Sequence record: OM386667.1
Length of the DNA stretch: 64,000 bases
Source: Escherichia phage vB_EcoM_REC
Direction: 5' to 3' (one strand)
The position numbers and the translations under genes were made by a program. Each line of letters opens with the position of its first letter. Within the stretch, counting starts at the first letter, position 1. A model generated the notes under the pieces. The model ran no database searches. It had not been told where the DNA came from and was given only the letters and a program-made list of their open reading frames with translations. Of the stretch, positions 57,171 to 64,000 are shown piece by piece.

Positions 57171-58145
57171 TTAAACAGTAGCTTCTTCTTTTTCAGGGAA
57201 GATAAAGCTTGCAATAACACCAAGAGCTAATGTGCCCAGGACAATATACATACTAATAGTTGGATCAATGTGCGCTGGCAGGAAGCTCATTTTTTCATGT
57301 AACGTTTCTGCAAACGGGTGATACATTAGTTTAACACCTACAAACACCAGAACCACAATAACTGCTTTCTCCAAGTGAACCAGATACTTCAGTGCAACAC
57401 TAAGAACAAAGAACAGAGCACGTAGACCTAAGATTGCACATAACATCGAAGAGAATACAAGCAGAGGTTCTTGTGTTACTGCGATCACTGCCGGAACAGA
57501 ATCTACTGCAAAGATTACATCAACCATTTCCATCACGAATACGCAAACCAAAGCTGGAGTTGCTACACGAACACCATTTTCGATTGTGAAGAACTTCTCC
57601 CCATCCATTTTATTAGATACAGGGAACAGTTTACGAACAATACGGGTAGCCCAGTGTTTAGAGTAATCAACTTCTGCGTCATTATTTCCAGCAAATACCA
57701 TTTTAGCTGCACAGAAAAGGATGACCGCACCGAAGAAGATATTAACATACCAGCCCAAACTTAACAAGTAAGTGCCTACTGCTACAAACACACCTCGGAA
57801 GACAATCGCACCTGCAATACCCCAAAGTAGAATCTTGTGCTGCAAGTGTGTGCTTTTAATACCAAAACTTGCGAATACTGCTACAAATACTACCAAGTTA
57901 TCTACCGACAAAGATTTTTCCAACACATATCCACTTAAAAACAAGTTAGCAAAATCGGCACCATGTTGGAAGTATACAAAACCATAATAAGCTAATGATA
58001 CACCAATCCAAAAGATCGACCAACCAACTGCGGATTTGAATGAAATTTCTTTATTTTCTTTGTGACCAAAGAAATCAATACCAATAGACAATGCTAAAAT
58101 ACCAACTAAAACAACTACATCAATAATTGGGAAACCAAGTTGCAT
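57171..58145 (-). CDS. terC: TerC-family integral membrane protein
   Basis: 324 aa, multiple hydrophobic helices; LEKSLSVDNLVVFVAVF matches the TerC signature. Confidence 0.8.
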   Translation of the reverse strand: MQLGFPIIDVVVLVGILALSIGIDFFGHKENKEISFKSAVGWSIFWIGVSLAYYGFVYFQHGADFANLFLSGYVLEKSLSVDNLVVFVAVFASFGIKSTHLQHKILLWGIAGAIVFRGVFVAVGTYLLSLGWYVNIFFGAVILFCAAKMVFAGNNDAEVDYSKHWATRIVRKLFPVSNKMDGEKFFTIENGVRVATPALVCVFVMEMVDVIFAVDSVPAVIAVTQEPLLVFSSMLCAILGLRALFFVLSVALKYLVHLEKAVIVVLVFVGVKLMYHPFAETLHEKMSFLPAHIDPTISMYIVLGTLALGVIASFIFPEKEEATV

Positions 58146-58224
58146 TCTTTTCTCCTCTCTTTGCGGGGAACTATTCCCCGCTTCATGTGATATATCTTAC
58201 TCTTTTTAAGAACTATGTCAACAC

Positions 58225-58446
58225 TTATTTTGTTGAATGAGAGGAAAAGATTCCTCGTAATACAGCCAGAATAAACGAAACACAAACCACGGTCCAGAAG
58301 GTTACTGGGACAGTGATATCTGCATGACCCATAACTTCAGCAACATAGTTGTAAGCCAGCAACAGTAACCAAGCTGGAATCAAACTAAGCATAAAAGCAA
58401 TAACAAAAAAGCTTACCACTGCAACAATACCTGCAAAAACACCCAT
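58225..58446 (-). CDS. small membrane protein
   Basis: 73 aa, two hydrophobic helices. Confidence 0.4.
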   Translation of the reverse strand: MGVFAGIVAVVSFFVIAFMLSLIPAWLLLLAYNYVAEVMGHADITVPVTFWTVVCVSFILAVLRGIFSSHSTK

Positions 58447-58458
58447 ACTAATCTCCTC

Positions 58459-58932
58459 TTAAAGTTTATAAATAGTCACATCGTGACCTGTTTTTACTAA
58501 AGTTTCTTCAATCATCACTTGGATGATAGCCCAATTACCTCCAGCATATCCAGCGCCAATCATAGGTAAGCCGATCTTACATTTTTGGTCACGGAGAAGC
58601 AAATCGTTAGCCATAGCTATTAGTGCATCGTAAAGTGCATCATAGTCCAACTGACGACCTTTAGCATTGTATCCGTAACGGTATTGCCCGTATAGATTAT
58701 ATACCAAAGGGTCTGATTGTTCGTCTGGCACCCCTAAACTAAAACAACCTAGTTTACTTTGATCACCAGCCGTTGTGTCTAAGTCTGCTGCATATGCGTA
58801 AGGAAATGCTTGTTTGATTTGTGGGGCAATACCTGCCCCCATATTACACATACAGTTGCAACAATGAGCAATAACAGTTACTTCACCTGCTTTAGCGGCA
58901 TCAATAAGATTACCTGTTTTCATTTTAAGCAT
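58459..58932 (-). CDS. macro-domain protein (ADP-ribose binding/processing)
   Basis: ORF 58459-59037 trimmed to the ATG at 58932 (GGAG RBS after PRTase stop); VTVIAHCCNCMCNMGAGIA and GLPMIGAGYAGGNW fit macro-domain motifs. Confidence 0.6.
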   Translation of the reverse strand: MLKMKTGNLIDAAKAGEVTVIAHCCNCMCNMGAGIAPQIKQAFPYAYAADLDTTAGDQSKLGCFSLGVPDEQSDPLVYNLYGQYRYGYNAKGRQLDYDALYDALIAMANDLLLRDQKCKIGLPMIGAGYAGGNWAIIQVMIEETLVKTGHDVTIYKL

Positions 58933-58945
58933 TTTTAGCTCCTTA

Positions 58946-59773
58946 TTACAGAATGTGTTGTTTTGTGTAACGATCCAAGAATTCAAAGTTTTCAGCATAC
59001 TTTGAAATTCGGTTGTAACCTTCTCCCAAGCATCCAAAGAAAAGTTGCTCTACATAGTAATGTGGCAATTGGCTAAGAATGATTTTGAAGTCTTCATGAT
59101 TTTGGCCCATAAGATACTTAATAGGACGAACAAGACACTGTGCATCACGTTCTTCACTAATCATTTTAACAAACGCTTCTGGTGTATTAATGTAGTTAAA
59201 ATTCAGTTTAGCTTCGGTATCTGCTTGATTACCTTCGTATTTTGCAAAATACAAGAAGTAAACATCATTTTTAACTTGATTTTCATCAAGGATCTCAATC
59301 AGTTTGTCTTCATGCGTTCCAGTGATATTTACATCATCAATGAATACAAGCTTCTTATCACCCCAGAATTCTTTGTTGCAGTAGAATGTATCACCATCAA
59401 TAAGTTTCTTACGACTAGCTTTATCCAAGAAACCATAATCGTTGATATAGCTAACTTTACGATGAATAATGTCCAGTTCTGCTGAACGACCTTGATCATA
59501 TTGTGATTGCAACATATTAAAATAATTAATAAAATGATCTGTCATCATTGTTGCAGCATTATGCACATGGTTATAAGGAGAAGGAATGATAACAAATTGT
59601 TCCCCAATATGTTTCATTGCCACTTGAGCAAAAAACTGAAGTGCCAATTCTTTACCCATACGACGCGCAGCTTGGTTACTACCAAATTTCAATTTTGAAT
59701 AATCTTGGATATCAAAAGTAGCAGTTTCCAGGTCATCAAATTTATTTGCAAAAATTTGAGTTTGATTACGCAT
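58946..59773 (-). CDS. phosphoribosyltransferase-like protein
   Basis: 275 aa; KKLVFIDDVNITGTHEDK resembles the PRPP-binding motif of type I PRTases. Confidence 0.6.
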   Translation of the reverse strand: MRNQTQIFANKFDDLETATFDIQDYSKLKFGSNQAARRMGKELALQFFAQVAMKHIGEQFVIIPSPYNHVHNAATMMTDHFINYFNMLQSQYDQGRSAELDIIHRKVSYINDYGFLDKASRKKLIDGDTFYCNKEFWGDKKLVFIDDVNITGTHEDKLIEILDENQVKNDVYFLYFAKYEGNQADTEAKLNFNYINTPEAFVKMISEERDAQCLVRPIKYLMGQNHEDFKIILSQLPHYYVEQLFFGCLGEGYNRISKYAENFEFLDRYTKQHIL

Positions 59774-60422
59774 TTACAATTTCTCCTCTTTTAAGTTTCT
59801 CTAGTAAGTCGTTAGGGTTCTTAATATGACAGAAGTTAAATCCTAAGTCAACACATTTTCCATCATATTCTTCACTATCGCCTACGTGCAACACTTCGTG
59901 CCCTAACAGAGGGATCGGAGAATACGTGAGCGTGCGAGCAAAGAATCGCGGATCTGGTTTACAAAGTAAAGCTTCATCCGAGAAATGGGTGAACTCAAAA
60001 CAATTCCAACTATCAAACTTACAAGCACGACGCAGGATATCCCCTGATATGAAGTTGGTATTGCTCTTAATACTCAAATCATAACGCCCCGAAAGATACA
60101 GCAAGTACATCGGCAGATCCACGGCTACGTGTGGTGGAAACTTAAGGAACCACTGTTCACACTCGAAACGAAGCTTTGCAGACTTCCAAGGCGTTATCCC
60201 AAGTTCAGAACCAAGTCTTTCCCAGGCGTATGCTGCACACTCGGCTTTGCCTTGAAGTGCTGCATTATCCAGTTCCTTTTTGATCTTCTTATAAGCTGCT
60301 CTTGCTTCCACTTCCGTAATATCTCCATATTTTGCGATAGTCCAGGCTCGCATGTCTGCGTAATTGGAGTTTGCTGTGATCAGTGTGTTCCATACATCAA
60401 AAGAGATATGTTTAATAGTCAT
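59766..60422 (-). CDS. HAD-superfamily hydrolase/phosphatase
   Basis: 218 aa; motif I FDVWNTL, KPDP, and LHVGDSEEYD (motif III-like). Confidence 0.6.
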   Translation of the reverse strand: MTIKHISFDVWNTLITANSNYADMRAWTIAKYGDITEVEARAAYKKIKKELDNAALQGKAECAAYAWERLGSELGITPWKSAKLRFECEQWFLKFPPHVAVDLPMYLLYLSGRYDLSIKSNTNFISGDILRRACKFDSWNCFEFTHFSDEALLCKPDPRFFARTLTYSPIPLLGHEVLHVGDSEEYDGKCVDLGFNFCHIKNPNDLLEKLKRGEIVNA

Positions 60423-60423
60423 A

Positions 60424-61029
60424 TTAAGCCCACCATGCGTCTAAGTTAAGATTACTGTCTACCACAACTTGTTCTATGTGGTAGCCTTTTATCTGTATCC
60501 CACTGTTCAAGAGCATATCATACGCTTCATTGAAACGCAACTTATCTTCTGCGGAATATAAGCGAGCATTATAAAATCGGTAATCAATTTCTTCAGCATT
60601 AGAAGAAATACGGAAGAAGTTTGTTTCTACTTCGGGATCACTTGCTGAAGTCTTAATGTGAACTTCTCCATAATTTTCTTTACTTAGATCCATGAAAAGA
60701 ACACAGGCAACATGTTTAAACATTCGTTCCAGTTTGTAACGAACAACATTGAAACCTGCATTCTCAAGTTTTTCTACACACTGCAACATTAAAGTAGTGT
60801 CGAGATCGCTTTGATACTTTGTTAACATACGATCACGTTGAGACTTTGTATCCCGATGTAAATCAATTGTTGTGCATTTGGCACCAATAATCTTAGCTGC
60901 TTTCATCAACTCTTCAGAACTAACGTTAGATAAAGTAAGATGAAAATGGGCTTTCCACACTTTTTTAGCAGGGACACCAAAAGATTTATCCCCACTATTC
61001 GGCATGTTGACTACTACACTATGTTGCAT
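60424..61029 (-). CDS. hypothetical protein (possible enzyme of the same module)
   Basis: 201 aa; HFHLTLS, no confident family assignment. Confidence 0.4.
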   Translation of the reverse strand: MQHSVVVNMPNSGDKSFGVPAKKVWKAHFHLTLSNVSSEELMKAAKIIGAKCTTIDLHRDTKSQRDRMLTKYQSDLDTTLMLQCVEKLENAGFNVVRYKLERMFKHVACVLFMDLSKENYGEVHIKTSASDPEVETNFFRISSNAEEIDYRFYNARLYSAEDKLRFNEAYDMLLNSGIQIKGYHIEQVVVDSNLNLDAWWA

Positions 61030-61044
61030 TACTTATCTCCTCAC

Positions 61045-61236
61045 TTAAAATGGAAGTCTTTGAAGTTCATCTCCTCCGATATCAAGTAATTTAGCAACAT
61101 CTCGATCAGAAAGCAACTCTTTTCTTTGTAAAATATCCACAAGGGTTGCAAGAATGTCCTTAACGTCCCGATCACTGTTCTTCAAAAGTTCTCCTGCCGT
61201 CCCTACTCTATCTCCTACAGCAAAATATGTAACCAT
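61045..61236 (-). CDS. small hypothetical protein
   Basis: ORF 61045-61269 trimmed to the ATG at 61236 (AGGAGG RBS). Confidence 0.3.
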   Translation of the reverse strand: MVTYFAVGDRVGTAGELLKNSDRDVKDILATLVDILQRKELLSDRDVAKLLDIGGDELQRLPF

Positions 61237-61249
61237 GAAACCTCCTAAG

Positions 61250-61720
61250 TTAATCTGATTGCCAACCACTTGCCGTTTTGGTCCATAATCTTTGATTATC
61301 TGACCCTCTGAAAGGTTTTGTAGTTGGATTGTTTATTTCATACTTTCCGTCTACAATAATGTCAACAAGATTTTTAATATACAAAGGCACTTCCTCAAAA
61401 GTATATCCTGTATACACCATTATATCTTTGCTTGACCCATAAACGTCTCTAACCTTTTCTATAAGGTTTTTAACATTGTAAATATTCTGCGGATCTAATG
61501 GCTCTCCTCCTAAAATTGTTAAACCTTTTACAAACGGTCTTGACAAATCTTTTAAAACTTGCTCTACATTTTCGTGAGTAAACGGTTTCCCATAAGAATA
61601 AGACCAGGCTTTTTGGTTAAAACAGCCACGACAACCGTGGCTACAACCACTAACCCAGAGGGAGCACCTAACTCCCTCACCATTAATAAGATCTACAGGT
61701 TCATATCCTGCAAAATTCAA
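61250..61720 (-). CDS. nrdG: anaerobic ribonucleotide reductase activating protein (radical SAM)
   Basis: 156 aa; cluster CSHGCRGC; immediately downstream of nrdD with overlapping stop/start. Confidence 0.8.
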   Translation of the reverse strand: MNFAGYEPVDLINGEGVRCSLWVSGCSHGCRGCFNQKAWSYSYGKPFTHENVEQVLKDLSRPFVKGLTILGGEPLDPQNIYNVKNLIEKVRDVYGSSKDIMVYTGYTFEEVPLYIKNLVDIIVDGKYEINNPTTKPFRGSDNQRLWTKTASGWQSD

Positions 61721-63582
61721 AGATGTTTCTCCCTTTGCAAAACTTCCTGCATTTTACCTTTGTTGTAAGGCCGTGAATTAGGGGCAGAAAGATACCCTGA
61801 TACACGTCTAACTACAGAAATAGTTTCTTCTTCATGGTTGCCACAATCAGGACACTCAAACCCTTTAGCCGTTGCCTTAAATTCTCCATGAAAACCACAC
61901 TTAAAGCATTGATCCACGGGCTGATTAATACCAAAATAGTGAATATGTTCATAAGCGTAGTCTACTAAAGTCTCCAAAGCTTCTAAGTTATTCTTTAAGT
62001 TTGGTGTTTCGACATAACTTATGTTACCACCATTACTAATCTGTGCAAAACCTGCTTCATAATCCCATTTTTCAAAAGGATTTGTTACCAACCATACAGG
62101 TTGATGAAAAGAGTTAGTAAGATAGTCTCTTTCTACCAAACTTGGGTATTTTTCATTTAAAGCTGTTGCAAACTTATAGCACAAAGATTCTGCTGGAGTT
62201 CCATAGAGACTAAACGCCAGCTTAGATCGTTCTTTAAACACAGCACACACATCTTTCATATGTTGCAGAATGCTTTTACCAAGTTCCTTTTTATCTTTTT
62301 CTTCTGGATAAAGGATTTCCAAAGCTTCGGCAAGACCTACATAACCAATACTAATAGAAGCATAACCACCTTCAAACAAAACACCAATTTCATCATTGGC
62401 ATTTAAACGCGCTAAAGCCCCTTCCATGAAAAGAATAGGGTTTTCAGATGCTTTGGTATGTCTGATACGGTTTACACGTAGCATGTGAGCATCGTAGGCT
62501 ATCTCCATATGTTTATTAAGAAGATCGGTGAAAGATTCTCCTTTACTTCTCGCTTCCGCAGCGATCAGAGGTAAGTTGATAGAAACTACTCCAAGGTTGA
62601 ATCGTCCATCGTATTTTTCTCCTTGTTCGGTGGCATAGTACGACAAAAAGGAACGACAACCCATACTCGTAACAGTACCATCTGCTGATCCCGTAACTTC
62701 TTTGTTCAAAGGAACAGAAATAAAATCTGGATAAATACGATCAGCACAACATGCCAAAGCTTGTTGCTTAAGGTCATAGTTAGGATCACTAGGTTTCATG
62801 TTAACACCTTCTTGTAAAAAGAAAATAACTTTAGGGAATACAGGCGTTACATGATCTTTGCCTAGACCGTTACTATGCACTTTAAGATAGTTAGCTGTAA
62901 TCATTCTGCCAAAAACAGAGGTATCCAGACCCATACTGATTGTAATAAAAGGAGATTGTCCATTAACACTCATTAAAGTATTAACCTGATACAAGAGAGT
63001 TTGCATAGCATCGTATACATCTTGTTCGGTCATTTCTAGGGCTTCTTTCCTTGCATAACAACCGTAGCGACGTTTGGTTATCTCCATGTTTTTAAGGAAA
63101 CTAGCTTCAACATAAGGACTAAGACCTTTATCAATGTGCGCACACGTGAAACTAGCTTCAACATAAGGACTAAGACCTTTATCAATGTGCGCACACGTCT
63201 GACCTCCATACTGACTGGAGGCAACAGCTTGGATAATTTGAGTTAGCACTGTGGTAGCTACCCCAATAGATTTTGGTTTTTCTATCTGTGCGGCTCCGAT
63301 CTTAAAACCATTCTCTAACATATCTTGATAATTAACAAGACAACAGTTTGTAAGAGGAGAGAGTAGATAATCCAAGTCGTGAATATGTCCAAAACCTTCT
63401 GTATGCCACTCTGACAAGTTTTTTGGCAGTATCTGTGTCATTGCCATATGTTTGCTTAAAATCCCCGCCAAGAGATCCCTATGCGTGTTAACGAGGTGGG
63501 AAGGTTTGTTTGCATTCTCTCTAGTGTATGTTTCTGAAGTGCGATCTAAAAAAGAAAAAACATCTTGGTACAAATCTTTCAT
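61717..63582 (-). CDS. nrdD: anaerobic ribonucleoside-triphosphate reductase (class III)
   Basis: 621 aa; C-terminal zinc ribbon CFKCGFHGEF...CPDCGNHEE and glycyl-radical-like RVSGYL; contains an in-frame 17-aa tandem duplication. Confidence 0.85.
   Translation of the reverse strand: MKDLYQDVFSFLDRTSETYTRENANKPSHLVNTHRDLLAGILSKHMAMTQILPKNLSEWHTEGFGHIHDLDYLLSPLTNCCLVNYQDMLENGFKIGAAQIEKPKSIGVATTVLTQIIQAVASSQYGGQTCAHIDKGLSPYVEASFTCAHIDKGLSPYVEASFLKNMEITKRRYGCYARKEALEMTEQDVYDAMQTLLYQVNTLMSVNGQSPFITISMGLDTSVFGRMITANYLKVHSNGLGKDHVTPVFPKVIFFLQEGVNMKPSDPNYDLKQQALACCADRIYPDFISVPLNKEVTGSADGTVTSMGCRSFLSYYATEQGEKYDGRFNLGVVSINLPLIAAEARSKGESFTDLLNKHMEIAYDAHMLRVNRIRHTKASENPILFMEGALARLNANDEIGVLFEGGYASISIGYVGLAEALEILYPEEKDKKELGKSILQHMKDVCAVFKERSKLAFSLYGTPAESLCYKFATALNEKYPSLVERDYLTNSFHQPVWLVTNPFEKWDYEAGFAQISNGGNISYVETPNLKNNLEALETLVDYAYEHIHYFGINQPVDQCFKCGFHGEFKATAKGFECPDCGNHEEETISVVRRVSGYLSAPNSRPYNKGKMQEVLQREKHL
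63097..63198. repeat. perfect 51-bp direct tandem duplication inside nrdD
   Basis: 63097-63147 and 63148-63198 are identical; encodes the duplicated peptide HIDKGLSPYVEASF. Confidence 0.9.
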
Positions 63583-63653
63583 TATTAATCCTTATTTTGT
63601 GAGTAGAACTATTATTCTACCTCTTCCAACCGAAAAAAGCTTTGAGGAAAATC

Positions 63654-63680
63654 AAAAAAAGGCGCAAAGTGCGCCTTTAA
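63654..63680 (-). terminator. rho-independent terminator
   Basis: Stem GGCGCA/TGCGCC flanked by A7 and T3; minus-strand reading gives hairpin then TTTTTTTGATTTT. Confidence 0.7.
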
Positions 63681-63683
63681 GTT

Positions 63684-63956
63684 TTATCGTTTGGAGAGGA
63701 ATTGTCTTCCCATGATCTTACCGTTCTTTACAGCGGTCCCATCGTGTCCATTATAATCCCAAGTTCCATCAATATTACGCAAGAAGCTATCACGAACAGT
63801 GTAGGCTTTACCGTTCTCTACTTTACTTTCTTCCACAATGATTGCCATAACAAGCTTATTTTCAATTTCGGTAGTAACCGATTCTTTGATACCCTCTGTA
63901 ACTTCACGGTCATATTGGATATAAACTCGCTCCTCGGTTACTTGCACGTCTACCAC
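63684..63956 (-). CDS. hypothetical protein
   Basis: 90 aa ORF near the window edge. Confidence 0.35.
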   Translation of the reverse strand: MVDVQVTEERVYIQYDREVTEGIKESVTTEIENKLVMAIIVEESKVENGKAYTVRDSFLRNIDGTWDYNGHDGTAVKNGKIMGRQFLSKR

Positions 63957-64000
63957 ATTTTTAAATGTGTAGGTCTGTTGTGTAGTGTAGAGGACACGAA

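Noticed and set aside
57471-57764. 97-aa plus-strand ORF
   Set aside because: Antisense to the TerC gene; no RBS; likely spurious.
58158-58178. GC-rich hairpin GCGGGGA-acta-TCCCCGC upstream of terC as a terminator
   Set aside because: In the minus-strand reading it is followed directly by the terC RBS rather than a U-tract; more likely a leader structure, left uncalled.
1-64000. CRISPR arrays, tRNA genes, integrase or transposase
   Set aside because: No regularly spaced short direct repeats, no intergenic gap with cloverleaf-like content, and no recombinase motifs seen; this part of the genome appears to lack them.

Overview
This window looks like about 64 kb of a virulent tailed dsDNA phage genome with a contractile tail; no integrase, tRNA or CRISPR array was seen. 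Positions 1-36523 (+ strand) hold a late structural module: portal-like gene, scaffold, lambda gpD-like decoration protein and gpE-like major capsid protein, then sheath, tube, a tail-assembly chaperone pair with a -1 frameshift site, tape measure, baseplate genes and at least six large fiber/spike genes (one sialidase-like with a self-cleaving C-terminal chaperone, one beta-helix depolymerase-like, one collagen-like). Positions 36580-63956 (- strand) hold an early/replication module: SSB, family-A DNA polymerase interrupted by an intein-like element, N6-adenine methyltransferase, primase-helicase, four glycosyltransferase-like genes, a secreted SleB-like hydrolase, and anaerobic ribonucleotide reductase NrdD/NrdG. 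The most unusual content is a phage-borne Ter-type stress module (TerD, vWA TerF/TerY-like, TelA-like, TerC) linked to SprT-like protease, macro domain, phosphoribosyltransferase and HAD phosphatase genes. All calls rest on reading the ORF translations and DNA by eye and on motifs recalled from memory; no database search was run.
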